NCBI GenBank assembly: GCA_963977015.1
Contig: CAXBMO010000002.1
Coordinates: forward strand, 416,001-480,000
Length of the DNA stretch: 64,000 nt
Direction of reading: 5' to 3'
Source: an uncultured bacterium
GTDB taxonomy: Bacteria; Verrucomicrobiota; Verrucomicrobiia; Verrucomicrobiales; DEV007
Position 1 is the stretch's first letter, and every line of letters starts with the position of its first letter. Below, piece by piece: positions 10,255-20,509 of this stretch. Below the pieces are notes generated by a model. It was not told the DNA's origin. It saw nothing but the letters and a program-made list of their open reading frames with translations, and did no database searches. The position numbers were made by a program, and so were the translations under genes.

Positions 10255-11592
10255 ATGAAGGCAACGATTCGCGGTTTCTTAGCTTTTTTGGTGCTGTTTT
10301 GTGCAGCCCCTCCCGTCTTTGCGCAGGACACGAGGTTGACCATCGCCACGGTGAACAACGGTGACATGATCCGGATGCAGGGGCTTTCAGACGAGTACGA
10401 GAAAGCCAACCCCGGCATCAAACTCAACTGGGTTGTTCTGGAAGAAAACGTGCTGCGCCAGCGCGTCACCACCGATATCGCGACCAACGGGGGGCAATTC
10501 GACATTCTGACAATTGGCACCTACGAAGCCCCAATCTGGGCCGAGCGAGGATGGTTGGTGCCGCTCGACGGCTTGCCCGAGAAGTATGACGCCGGCGACA
10601 TCCTGCCGTCGATCCACGAAGCCTTGTCCTTCGACGAAACGCTCTACGCGGCGCCCTTCTATGGGGAGTCCGCCTTCACCATGTACCGGACCGACCTCTT
10701 CAAGGACGCCGGAATCGAAATGCCTGAGAAGCCGACGTGGGATTTCATCAAGGACGCGGCCCGCAAGCTGACCGACAAGGACAACGGAGTTTATGGAATT
10801 TGCCTTCGTGGTAAGCCAGGCTGGGGCGAGAACATGGCGTTTCTGAGCGCCATGGCCAATTCCTACGGGGCAAGCTGGTTTGATATGGATTGGAAACCCC
10901 AGTTCGATAGCGAAGCCTGGAAGGCCGCCATCACCGATTACATCGAGTTGATGCAGGAAGCGGGCCCGCCGAACGCTTCAGCCAATGGCTATCAGGAAAA
11001 CCTCGCCCTGTTTCAGTCCGGCAAGTGCGCCATTTGGATCGACTCGACCGCCGCCGCTCAGTTCGTGACAAGCGCCGACTCCAAGGTGGCAGACCGGGTC
11101 GGCTTTGCGCTCGCGCCGGACAATGGATTGGGTAAAAGCGCGAATTGGCTCTGGGCGTGGGCGCTGGCGATCCCCGAAAGTTCCAAGCACCAGGATGCGG
11201 CGAAGCAATTCATCGCCTGGGCCACCTCGAAGGCTTATCTCGAACTGGTAGCCTCGAAGGAAGGTTGGTCCAATGTCCCGCCAGGCACCCGCACCTCGCT
11301 TTACGAAAACGAGGCCTATCTCGACGCGGCGCCCTACGCGAAGCTCACCCTCGCATCGATCCAGGCTGCTGATCCGGACAATCCGAGTGTCAACGATGTG
11401 CCCTACACGGGAATCCAATATGTCGCGATTCCCGAGTTTCAGAGCATGGGCACGGCGGTCGGGAATCGGTTCGCGAAGGCGTTGGCGGGAGAGATCTCGA
11501 TCGATGAGGCGCTCGACAATGCCCAGTGGGTGACCGGGAAGGTCATCAAACGCGCGCGCTTCCTTCAGGAGAGCCATGTCGAACAGAAGTAA
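10255..11592 (+). CDS. Polyol (sorbitol/mannitol, SmoE-like) ABC substrate-binding protein
   Basis: Signal peptide; TIATVNNGDMIRMQ, LEENVLRQRVTTDIAT, GICLRGKPGWGEN, WLWAWALAIP, YTGIQYVAIPEFQ; GGAGG RBS upstream. Confidence 0.9.
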   Translation: MKATIRGFLAFLVLFCAAPPVFAQDTRLTIATVNNGDMIRMQGLSDEYEKANPGIKLNWVVLEENVLRQRVTTDIATNGGQFDILTIGTYEAPIWAERGWLVPLDGLPEKYDAGDILPSIHEALSFDETLYAAPFYGESAFTMYRTDLFKDAGIEMPEKPTWDFIKDAARKLTDKDNGVYGICLRGKPGWGENMAFLSAMANSYGASWFDMDWKPQFDSEAWKAAITDYIELMQEAGPPNASANGYQENLALFQSGKCAIWIDSTAAAQFVTSADSKVADRVGFALAPDNGLGKSANWLWAWALAIPESSKHQDAAKQFIAWATSKAYLELVASKEGWSNVPPGTRTSLYENEAYLDAAPYAKLTLASIQAADPDNPSVNDVPYTGIQYVAIPEFQSMGTAVGNRFAKALAGEISIDEALDNAQWVTGKVIKRARFLQESHVEQK

Positions 11593-11606
11593 TTTGGAAA
11601 AACCCC

Positions 11607-13355
11607 ATGACCAACGCACCTGACGATCCACAAAAGTCCATTGCTGAGATGGACGACGAAGTCTTGCCGGTGCCGCAGCACCGACAGCATGGCCCCGGTT
11701 ACTTCCTTGGCCTTTACGCTGCGGAACATGTTGCCGCGACGGAATTCGTCATTGGCGCCGCATTTGTGGCAATGGGCGCGACGATTCAAGACATCCTGAT
11801 CGGGCTCCTGATCGGCAATATCCTCGCCACACTCAGCTTCAGGTTCGTGACCGCGCCAATCGCAGTCAAAACGAGACTCAGCCTCTACAGCTATCTCGAT
11901 CAAAACCAGGGCGAGTTGTTCTCCCGACTCTACAATGGGGCGAACGTGCTCATCTTTGTGGCCATCTCGGCCGCCATGATCACCGTGTCGGCAACCGCGG
12001 TTCGGGCGCTCTTTGATATCCCGCCCCAGATTTATCCCTATCCCACCAACATTTACTTTGCCCTCATCGCCGCCTCGGCAAGCGTGATCGCCGTGCTGGT
12101 GGCCTACTTTGGTTTCAAGGCGCTGAGCGAGTTTGCCGGCATTTGCGCGCCCTGGCTCATGGTCATGTTCACCGCTGGAGGCATGGTGCTGATCCCTTCA
12201 TTGAACGAATCGCTGACCGGCTACACCACGCTATCCAGTTTCTCCGATTTTGTAAATCTGGCGGGAACTACCGTATTTACCGGCACCAATGCGGCGGGAG
12301 AACCCGGGATCGGATTGTTGGAAGTCATCGGCTTCGCCTGGGCGGCCAACACCTTCGCCCATTTCGGCCTCATCGACATGGCGCTGTTGCGCTACGCGAA
12401 AAAATCGGTCTACGGATTTTGCACGGCGACCGGAATGATGTTTGGCCACTACATCGCCTGGATTTCGGCAGCTCTCATGGGCGCAGCGACAGCCTCGATC
12501 ATGAAATTGAGCATCGCGGTTGTTTCCCCGGGCGATGTGGCCTACTACGCGCTGGGCGCCACCGGCTTTGTAATCGTGATCGTCGCGGGATGGACCACCG
12601 CCAACTCGAACCTCTATCGAGCCGGCCTTGCCGCCCAGGCCGTCGTGCCCAGCGTTCCACGCCAGCGGGTCACGCTGATTGTTGGTGCCGTGGTTGTGGT
12701 CGGAAGCATGTTTCCGTTTATCTACCGCAGCATCCTGCCGCTTCTGACCTATGCGGGATTGATCCTTGTCCCCATCGGCGGCATTGTATTTGCCGAGCAG
12801 CACGTCTTTCCCCGGCTTGGCTACAAGACCAATTGGCACCGTCTCAAGGGGGTCAAGGACAACGTTCCGGCGCTGATCACCTGGGGAATCTCCCTCGTGT
12901 TCGGCTTTTGGTTGAACTACATCAACATTATCCCGTTTGTGTATTTGTTTGTGCCGACCTGGTTTGTTTCGATCGGCGCCTATACCGTGCTCGCGAAGAA
13001 ATTTGGCGCCGACCGCAGTTGGCCGGAGGCTGAAAAGCGGGAGCGGGAATTCCAGAAACAGGTCAAAGCTTACCATGCTGAACTCGCGACTCAGGAACAA
13101 CACACACACGTCCGCACCACCCCCTTATCGCTCAAGATCATCCGGGCGGTCTGGATCGTCATTGGCCTCATTGTACCGGCCGTTCTCGCCTGGCGTGTTT
13201 TGTTCCACAGCCCCGACATCTACGTCTACTATGTCAATCGGGAGCTGTTCTACGACCTCACGATTTGGTGCACGATCATCTACTTTGTGTTCGCCTACTG
13301 GGATTTAAAGCGCACGAAATCGCTCTATGAATCCCGTGAACCGGTGACCACGTAG
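11607..13355 (+). CDS. NCS1/purine-cytosine permease-like multi-pass membrane transporter
   Basis: At least 12 hydrophobic segments; EHVAATEFVIGA and GWTTANSNLYRAGLA motifs resemble cytosine-permease-family proteins. Confidence 0.7.
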   Translation: MTNAPDDPQKSIAEMDDEVLPVPQHRQHGPGYFLGLYAAEHVAATEFVIGAAFVAMGATIQDILIGLLIGNILATLSFRFVTAPIAVKTRLSLYSYLDQNQGELFSRLYNGANVLIFVAISAAMITVSATAVRALFDIPPQIYPYPTNIYFALIAASASVIAVLVAYFGFKALSEFAGICAPWLMVMFTAGGMVLIPSLNESLTGYTTLSSFSDFVNLAGTTVFTGTNAAGEPGIGLLEVIGFAWAANTFAHFGLIDMALLRYAKKSVYGFCTATGMMFGHYIAWISAALMGAATASIMKLSIAVVSPGDVAYYALGATGFVIVIVAGWTTANSNLYRAGLAAQAVVPSVPRQRVTLIVGAVVVVGSMFPFIYRSILPLLTYAGLILVPIGGIVFAEQHVFPRLGYKTNWHRLKGVKDNVPALITWGISLVFGFWLNYINIIPFVYLFVPTWFVSIGAYTVLAKKFGADRSWPEAEKREREFQKQVKAYHAELATQEQHTHVRTTPLSLKIIRAVWIVIGLIVPAVLAWRVLFHSPDIYVYYVNRELFYDLTIWCTIIYFVFAYWDLKRTKSLYESREPVTT

Positions 13356-13461
13356 CCAGCGGTCTGGGCTCCTTTCATCGCGAAAAGCCGACGCTTGCGC
13401 GATTCCCGATCGTCGAAGAACCCGCTGCGCGAACCTGTTGTGAGACTGGTCTGCTACCTGA

Positions 13462-16272
13462 TCACTTTGGCATGATGAGCACCTCGAGTGAACTTTCCGA
13501 ATCGAGGTAATCCTTGGCGAGAGCGTTGATTTCTTCGACGCTGATCGATTCGTAGTCGTCGACGAAACTGCGGGCCCAGTCGAGGCGATCAGGTTGTTCC
13601 TGACTCATGGCGAGAACCATGCTGAGCCAGTAATTGTTGGTCCGGCGATATTCGGCGATCTGAGTGAGGAGCGGAAGCTTGGAGCGGTCGAGCTCATCCT
13701 GATCCGTGCCTCCGGCGGCGAGATCGGTGCCGAGTTGCTTGATGACAACGGACAGCTTCTCGGCCTGATCCGGCGCGGCTTCGACTAGGGCGAAGAGGTA
13801 GCCGTAGTCGGTGTAGGTCTCGCTGGAGGAGTTGCGGGCGTAGGGGCTGTAGGCGTCGCCAAGTTCTTCGCGAACCTTTTTGCGAAGGCGGTCGCGGAAG
13901 ATGGAGGAGAGCAGGCCAAGGCGACGGGTGCGCTGGATGTCGCTCATGTCAGCCGTGGGCCAGTAGACGAGAACCATCGATTTGGGGATGGTGCTTTCGA
14001 ATTCGAATTTCTTGGAATCGACGTCGGCCGGGAAGGCGACTTTGCGTTCCGCTGCGTAGTCGGGTTTGGCCGCTTCGCGTTCCGGCAGGGTTCCGAAGGT
14101 GCGGGCCACGGCGTCGATTGCCGTATCGAGGTCAAAGTCGCCGACGACCGAGATTTCAAGGTAGGCGGAGTCGAGTTGAGGCTGCACCCAGGATTTGGCT
14201 TCGGCGGAATTTCGCTTGGCCATCTCGTCCCTTTCCGGGTAGCCAAACCGCGGATCGTTGCCGTGCAGAAAGGCGGCGACTTCGTCAGCCATGACGCCGT
14301 TGGGGTCGTGTTTGAGCTGTTGATAGAGTTGATCAAGCGCTTTCTGGAACTGGCGATCGCCCTCTTCACGATAACCGGCGTCCGTGACGTAGGCGCGCAT
14401 CAGTTGCAGTTGGAGGAGAAGATCTTCCGGAGTGGTTTGGCCGGAGAGAGTGAAGGCGTCTTCACTGGCGCTGAGACCCGCACCAACCGATTTCCCGGCA
14501 AGCAGGCGTTGCAGATCATCGGCGGAGTGAGCCTTGAGACCTCCCGCGCCAAAGGCGTAGGCAACCATGCTGGACAGACCCGGCTTATCCAGAGGCATGG
14601 TGAGAAGTCCGCCACCAATCCGGGCGGTAATGCCAACGGTGTCATCCTCAAAGTCGGTAACCTTGAAGTTGGCGCGAACGTTGTTGGCAAAGGTGATTTG
14701 GGTGATTTCGAGATCTTCAGCCACGCTGCGATCCGCGATTTCGCCTGGTTCACGATCCTGAGCATAGGCGAATTCGCCGAGATCTTCCTCCGCCGGTGGC
14801 TCGACAGCGATTTGCTGGCTTTCGGTGAACGCGGCAAGGACGGCATCTTTCCCGCCCTCGATTTCGAGATTGCCGCTGGCGTAGACCACCACGTTGCTGA
14901 GATCGCCCCAGATGGTGCGGAAGGTTTCCCAGATTTCCTTGGAAGTGATGCTGGCGAGAAGTGGCGTTACCCGTGCCAGATCATCATCGGGATGGGTGAA
15001 AACGCGCTCGCTGCCAATGCGCTCAACAATGCGGTCGGCAAGATCGCGGGACTTGCGGGTAGCGGCCGACTTGGCCTGGTTTTCGAGCGCATTCTGGAGC
15101 TTGGCCTTGGCCTCATCCATCTCGGCTTCGGTAAATCCGAACTTCAGGGCGCGGCGGAGCTCCTGCTCGATCACGGCGAGTCCCTCATCCCAGTTTTCCG
15201 GCTTCGTCGTGGCGTCGATCGATGCGTAATCGACGAGATTGAGGTCAAAAAGATCGCGCCGATTGTGAAATCCGCTGATCAGGGGCGAACCTTCCTGCTT
15301 CGCGACGATCTCGAGGCGACGGCCCATGATCATGTCGGCGAGACGGCTGCGAAGTTCGATCGCGCGGCGTTCATTGCTGTCGGCACCCAATTGCATCGGC
15401 TGCATCGTCTCGATGGAGACCTGGGTTTCGGTAGCTTCCTTGTCGCTGTGATGGTGGCTGAGAACCCCGCGCTCGGCAACGGACCCAAAGTCGGGATCAG
15501 GAGCTGCGGTTTCGCTTTTGAAGTCCTGAAACGTCTCGACAATGTAGGTTTCGATCTCATCGGGATTGATGTCACCGACGACTACGACCGCCATCCGCTC
15601 GGGCGTGTACCATTGGTTGTAAAAGTCGACAAAACGCTGGCGCGGCGCATTGGAAATCACTTCCTCGGTGCCGATGGGAAGACGCTCACTGATTTTGTTC
15701 TCGGGCAGGGCGAATTCCACCCAATCGACAAACGAACGCCAGTTGGCCGAATCCCGGCTGCGCTTTTCGCTGAGAATGACGCCCCGTTCCTTCTCGATCT
15801 CCTTTTCTCCGAACAAGAGACCATCGGCGTAATCGCGAAGCAGTTTGAAGCCGTCATCGAGGATTTTCTCGCTCGATTCGGGAAGCTCGAGTTTGTAGAC
15901 GGTTTCCTTAAAGCTGGTATGCGCATTGGTGTGGGAGCCGAACGCCATGCCGAGGCGCTGAAAGTATTCGACCATCTCGCCAGCGGGGAAATTCTTGGTG
16001 CCGTTGAAGGCCATGTGCTCCAAAAAGTGGGCCAGCCCCTGCTGATCGTCTTCCTCCATCATGGAGCCCGCATCGACATAGAGACGCAGGCTGATTCGGT
16101 CGGGCGGCTCTTCGTTGGGGAGAATCGCGTAACGCAGACCATTCTCGAGTTGGCCCCAGGTCACGTTTTCGTCGGGCTTGATGTCACTGGCTTCATGAAC
16201 CCAGGTCGGAGCTTCCTGAGCTTGAGCGGTGAAGACGAGGAAAAGGGGTGCGAGCAAACGCGGGATTTTCAT
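13462..16272 (-). CDS. M16-family (PqqL-like) secreted zinc protease
   Basis: Inverted zincin motif GLAHFLEHMAFNGT; NAHTSF; IEKERGVILSE; signal peptide. Confidence 0.93.
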   Translation of the reverse strand: MKIPRLLAPLFLVFTAQAQEAPTWVHEASDIKPDENVTWGQLENGLRYAILPNEEPPDRISLRLYVDAGSMMEEDDQQGLAHFLEHMAFNGTKNFPAGEMVEYFQRLGMAFGSHTNAHTSFKETVYKLELPESSEKILDDGFKLLRDYADGLLFGEKEIEKERGVILSEKRSRDSANWRSFVDWVEFALPENKISERLPIGTEEVISNAPRQRFVDFYNQWYTPERMAVVVVGDINPDEIETYIVETFQDFKSETAAPDPDFGSVAERGVLSHHHSDKEATETQVSIETMQPMQLGADSNERRAIELRSRLADMIMGRRLEIVAKQEGSPLISGFHNRRDLFDLNLVDYASIDATTKPENWDEGLAVIEQELRRALKFGFTEAEMDEAKAKLQNALENQAKSAATRKSRDLADRIVERIGSERVFTHPDDDLARVTPLLASITSKEIWETFRTIWGDLSNVVVYASGNLEIEGGKDAVLAAFTESQQIAVEPPAEEDLGEFAYAQDREPGEIADRSVAEDLEITQITFANNVRANFKVTDFEDDTVGITARIGGGLLTMPLDKPGLSSMVAYAFGAGGLKAHSADDLQRLLAGKSVGAGLSASEDAFTLSGQTTPEDLLLQLQLMRAYVTDAGYREEGDRQFQKALDQLYQQLKHDPNGVMADEVAAFLHGNDPRFGYPERDEMAKRNSAEAKSWVQPQLDSAYLEISVVGDFDLDTAIDAVARTFGTLPEREAAKPDYAAERKVAFPADVDSKKFEFESTIPKSMVLVYWPTADMSDIQRTRRLGLLSSIFRDRLRKKVREELGDAYSPYARNSSSETYTDYGYLFALVEAAPDQAEKLSVVIKQLGTDLAAGGTDQDELDRSKLPLLTQIAEYRRTNNYWLSMVLAMSQEQPDRLDWARSFVDDYESISVEEINALAKDYLDSESSLEVLIMPK

Positions 16273-16387
16273 GCGGAATTCTGTAGTTGGGTTGTCTGGG
16301 TGAGTCAAATATGGACGATCCGAAAGGTCTGACGGTTCAAATAACCTTTTAGTTGCACCCAAGCCGTCCCTTGCTCCCCATTGAGAG

Positions 16388-17413
16388 ATGCATAAAAACC
16401 TCATTGCTTTCCTACTCTGTGGCGCGTTCGCCGCTTCAACCATGCCGGTGCGAGCCCACGAAGTCGCCGATCAAATGGCGGCGGCCGCGAACGATTTTCT
16501 GGCCAGTTTGGAGCCGGGGCAGCGGGAAAAGTGCACCTTTGACCTGAATGACGAGGAGCGGACCAACTGGCATTTTGTTCCGGTTCCGCGGAAAGGACTT
16601 TCCATGCGCGAAATGGAGCCGGATCAGCGCCTGCTCGCTCACGGCCTCCTCAGCACGGGATTGAGCCACACGGGTTACCTGAAGGCGGTTCAAATCATGA
16701 GTCTGGAGCAGATTCTGTTTGAGATGGAAAACCAGGATCCCAAGCGCGACCCCGAGTATTATCTGGTTTGGATTTTTGGGACGCCAAGCGCCAAAGGCAA
16801 TTGGGGCTGGCGCTTTGAAGGACACCACATGTCGCTCAACTTCACGGTTGTGAATGGAGAATTGATTTCGGAGACACCAGCCTTCTGGGCCTCCAACCCA
16901 GGCAAGGTTCCGGAAGGAATGCCGCGGGCCGGATTGCGCGTTTTGGCGGGAGAAGAAGACCTCGCCCGTGACTTGGTCAAATCACTGACCGATGACCAAA
17001 AGGCGCAAGCCGTCATCGCCGATCAGGCCCCGAAGGATATCCTCACCAAAGACCTGCCGAAGGTTGATCCTCTTGAGGACAAGGGAATTGCCTACAGCGC
17101 GCTTGATGAAGCGCAGCAGAAGAAATTCTGGGCGGTCGTCGACGAGTATCTCGGCAATCACCGCGATGAACTCGCCGCCGAGGAACGGGAGCGGGTTGAG
17201 AACGAACTCGACTCCGTGAAATTCGCCTGGGCCGGCGGATTCGAGTTTGGCGAAGGTCATTACTACTACATCCAGGGCAAGACCTTCCTGCTGGAATACT
17301 GCAACATCCAAAACGGCGGCATGCACCCTCATGCTGCGTGGCGGAATTTTGGCGAAGACTTCGGCGTGGATCTGCTGCGCGCCCACATGAAGACTGCGCA
17401 TTTGAGCGAGTAG
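16388..17413 (+). CDS. DUF3500 domain secreted protein
   Basis: AANDFLASL, RTNWHFVP, WGWRFEGHHMSLN, HPHAAWR. Confidence 0.85.
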   Translation: MHKNLIAFLLCGAFAASTMPVRAHEVADQMAAAANDFLASLEPGQREKCTFDLNDEERTNWHFVPVPRKGLSMREMEPDQRLLAHGLLSTGLSHTGYLKAVQIMSLEQILFEMENQDPKRDPEYYLVWIFGTPSAKGNWGWRFEGHHMSLNFTVVNGELISETPAFWASNPGKVPEGMPRAGLRVLAGEEDLARDLVKSLTDDQKAQAVIADQAPKDILTKDLPKVDPLEDKGIAYSALDEAQQKKFWAVVDEYLGNHRDELAAEERERVENELDSVKFAWAGGFEFGEGHYYYIQGKTFLLEYCNIQNGGMHPHAAWRNFGEDFGVDLLRAHMKTAHLSE

Positions 17414-17477
17414 TCCACGTATCAACAGCCCTTGATTGGCTTTACATTTTCTCCACGGCTTCGTATTCCATGGAGTT

Positions 17478-18863
17478 ATGAAAGAGAAGCTCGCGTTCGC
17501 CGGGACAGCCTTCCTCCTGTGTTTATTGATTCTCCCAACCAGGGGTGACGAGCAAGAGCGCAAATGGCGCACCCCTGAAGGGCGATTTTGGGTCGGCACC
17601 CTGGTGGACGTGAACGGCGATCGAATCTCCCTTCGAATGCCGGATGGAACGCAGGGGAACATTTCCTTGGCAAAGTTGGGCGAGCCGGATCAACGCTACA
17701 TCGCAAGGTACGTCGCGGAAAAGGCGGAAGCTGCGGAACTCGGTCCTGAACAGATTGCCCAGGAAAAGAAACTGGCGGCAACGCTTTCTGAAGGGCCTCG
17801 CAATTGGACCAGTTCCGATGGAAAAGCGATTCAGGGACAATTGGAGGGGTTTGATGGTTCGACCGTCCAGCTGCGAACCCCGCGAGGTGTTTTCAAATTT
17901 CCGGCCGACCGGCTCAGCCCTCTGGATCAACGGTTACTGCGTCGCTGGGTCGAGGATCAACCGGTTCAAGTCGGAGAATGGCCGGATTTCGTCGAAGCGC
18001 CGGACAACATGGAGATCGAGTTTGTCGATGGCGGCGTGGAAGGCTGGGAATTCGTCTATCGCAGCTCCCATTTTGAATTTCGAACCACAACGCGCCTTTC
18101 CATCAGCGTCGTTCGGGAATTCGCCAGAATCTTCGAGGCGACCTTCGAAGTGGTGAAAGCACTGCCCGTAGGCTTCAACCCCAAACCGCGTGAAGGCGGC
18201 TATTTCCTCACGGAACTCTACGAAACCCGCAACCAATACTACGCCGCAGGTGGTCCGGCAGGAAGCGGAGGCGTGTTCATGGGTGGCGCAAACAAGATCA
18301 TGATTCCGCTACCCAATTTGGGCGTCAAACAGGTTGGGAATCGCTGGATTCTCGAATCCGGCGCGGACAGCACCACGCTTCAGCACGAGATTACCCATCA
18401 GGTGACCTTTCGCTGGCTTTCCCAGTGGCCCGTCTGGTTCATTGAAGGCTTGGCCGAATACATCTCCTCCGCCCGCTACAACAAAGGGCGCTACACTCTC
18501 AAAAACATGGCGGGCAACGTTGAGGACGCCATCATGAAATACCCGGTTGACGGAAATAGCTTCCCGATGGTGCCGGTCGAAACGCTCATGACGATGGATC
18601 ACGGAACCTGGAGCGCGGCACTGACCGGAGGAGGCGCGACCTACAACTACCGGTCCTCCAACGCGCTCATGTTCTACTTCCTCCACCTCGATGGCGAAGG
18701 GGATGGATCAGGCGTCGCAACCTTTCTCCATGCCTTGAATCAAGGCGTCCCCTCTCGCACAGCCCTCGCCGAACACCTGCTCCGCGGTCGCGACTTCGCG
18801 GCGTTGAGCCAGGAAGTCGAGACGAAGCTCAAGCAGGAGGGAATCCGGATCGAGTATCGCTAA
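17478..18863 (+). CDS. Secreted protein with two SHD1-like domains and a C-terminal HExxH metallopeptidase-like domain
   Basis: RKWRTPEG...LGEPDQRYI and RNWTSSDG...LSPLDQ repeats; QHEITHQ...WFIEGLAEY gluzincin-type motif. Confidence 0.75.
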   Translation: MKEKLAFAGTAFLLCLLILPTRGDEQERKWRTPEGRFWVGTLVDVNGDRISLRMPDGTQGNISLAKLGEPDQRYIARYVAEKAEAAELGPEQIAQEKKLAATLSEGPRNWTSSDGKAIQGQLEGFDGSTVQLRTPRGVFKFPADRLSPLDQRLLRRWVEDQPVQVGEWPDFVEAPDNMEIEFVDGGVEGWEFVYRSSHFEFRTTTRLSISVVREFARIFEATFEVVKALPVGFNPKPREGGYFLTELYETRNQYYAAGGPAGSGGVFMGGANKIMIPLPNLGVKQVGNRWILESGADSTTLQHEITHQVTFRWLSQWPVWFIEGLAEYISSARYNKGRYTLKNMAGNVEDAIMKYPVDGNSFPMVPVETLMTMDHGTWSAALTGGGATYNYRSSNALMFYFLHLDGEGDGSGVATFLHALNQGVPSRTALAEHLLRGRDFAALSQEVETKLKQEGIRIEYR

Positions 18864-18902
18864 CGCCCCCAAACACTATTGCGATCCAGCTCAATCGGAA
18901 TG

Positions 18903-19658
18903 TTAGTGCGGCCACCTAGGAAGTTCTCTCGCGAGCTCAGAGGTTAGCTTTCGCGACTCAGCGACCATTTTCCCGCCATTAAAGACCTTTACCCAAATTC
19001 CACCCAGAGTTTCCTTGGTCCGATCAATATCTCGGTGAACCACCGATTGAACTACAATGCCAGTATCCGCATCAACATAATCAGTTCTCCCTGAAACGTA
19101 ATCTCTCCGGGTCGAATTTAGTTCAGCTGTCTTCGTTGTGAAACTTTGTCGTTTCCTTCCCTCAATCACCTTTGCCAAAAATCTGCCCGATTGAGCCTCA
19201 ACGTCCCCATCGGCCGTCACGACATAAATCGCATATTGAACTGTCACGTTTTCAGCATCGAAGACGGTCGGATTCGATACATCGATTTGATAGTGTTTGA
19301 ACGTTGACTTGGTCACGGTCTTCCCACGATTCGGGGAGCCTGATGAGGACGGAAACTTGGATATTCCACCCAATGTTTGCTTACCCGCTCCATCCCGTTC
19401 CCAAACTTGGGCGGTCAGCTTGACTGGAGGAGGATTCCTGGCCCATTTCTCGATATAAATTTGGTCATCTTCAGAAAGCCCGGAAATCGGCCACTCAGCC
19501 ATTTTTCCGTTGAGGGTCAGGAGCACATTGTCACCCCGAACCCCGGCAATTTCGGCTTCGATTTGTCGCCCGTTCAGATCGGTAAAGACTCTTCCAGAGA
19601 CCGAAGTAGAGGATCCCAAAACCACTAGACTGATGATGAATACCTGCGATATCGTCAT
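18903..19658 (-). CDS. Hypothetical secreted protein with N-terminal SHD1-like domain
   Basis: Signal peptide; RVFTDLNGRQIEA...LSEDDQIYI. Confidence 0.65.
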   Translation of the reverse strand: MTISQVFIISLVVLGSSTSVSGRVFTDLNGRQIEAEIAGVRGDNVLLTLNGKMAEWPISGLSEDDQIYIEKWARNPPPVKLTAQVWERDGAGKQTLGGISKFPSSSGSPNRGKTVTKSTFKHYQIDVSNPTVFDAENVTVQYAIYVVTADGDVEAQSGRFLAKVIEGRKRQSFTTKTAELNSTRRDYVSGRTDYVDADTGIVVQSVVHRDIDRTKETLGGIWVKVFNGGKMVAESRKLTSELARELPRWPH

Positions 19659-19760
19659 TCGTTGAGCCTTAGCACCAAATCACAGCCTGCCAAGAAAAAA
19701 TACCGTCACAATACAACCGACGCCCAGACAACCTCTGCGCAATTGGATTGACCCCGCCAG

Positions 19761-19788
19761 TTGACCCGGTTTCGCCCCTGAGTATCAT
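19761..19788 (+). promoter_or_regulatory. Putative sigma70 promoter of yebC (TTGACC-16 bp-TATCAT)
   Basis: Near-consensus hexamers ending 10 nt before ATG 19799. Confidence 0.5.
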
Positions 19789-19798
19789 CTAACTACCT

Positions 19799-20509
19799 AT
19801 GGGAAGAGCTTTCGAATACCGCCGTAAAAGCAAGGAACAGCGATGGGACAAGATGTCCAAGCTGTTCCCCAAGCTGGGGAAATCCATCACCATGGCCGCT
19901 CGCGAAGGCGGCTCGGACCCGGAGTCAAACTCCAAGCTGCGTCTCGCGATCATGAACGCGAAGGCGGAGAACATGCCGAAGGACAACATCGAGGCGGCGA
20001 TCAAGCGGGCGAGTGGCAAGGAAGGTGCCGACATCACCGAAATTGGCTACGAAGGCAAGGCCCCCCATGGCGTCATGATCATCATCGAGGCGGCAACCGA
20101 CAACACGAACCGCACCGTCACGAATCTGCGAACCTATTTCAACAAATCCGGCGGCCAGCTTCTCGACTCCGGCTCGCTGCAATTCATGTTCGAGCGCAAA
20201 TCCGTGGTCGAATTTCCGATTACCGACGAACTCAACATGGAGGAAGTGGAGCTGAGCCTGATGGACTGCGGCCTGGATGAGCTGGAGCAGAATGAAGGCG
20301 TCGGCTATGCCTATGGTGACGTCACGGATTTTGGCAATCTCACCAAAGGTGTCGAAGACCTGGGCCTGGAAATCAGCAAGGCCAGCCTGCAACAGATCCC
20401 CAACTCCCCGGTCGAACTGACCGACGAGCAAATGACGGAGATCGAAACCTTGCTCGACAAGATCGAGGACGACGAAGACGTGCAAGCCGTCTTCACCAAT
20501 ATTGCCTAA
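19799..20509 (+). CDS. yebC: YebC/PmpR family protein
   Basis: [49 protein letters not shown]. Confidence 0.95.
   Translation: MGRAFEYRRKSKEQRWDKMSKLFPKLGKSITMAAREGGSDPESNSKLRLAIMNAKAENMPKDNIEAAIKRASGKEGADITEIGYEGKAPHGVMIIIEAATDNTNRTVTNLRTYFNKSGGQLLDSGSLQFMFERKSVVEFPITDELNMEEVELSLMDCGLDELEQNEGVGYAYGDVTDFGNLTKGVEDLGLEISKASLQQIPNSPVELTDEQMTEIETLLDKIEDDEDVQAVFTNIA

Noticed and set aside
14176-16332. 718-aa plus-strand ORF
   Set aside because: Antisense shadow of the M16 protease; no motifs, typical of high-GC codon bias
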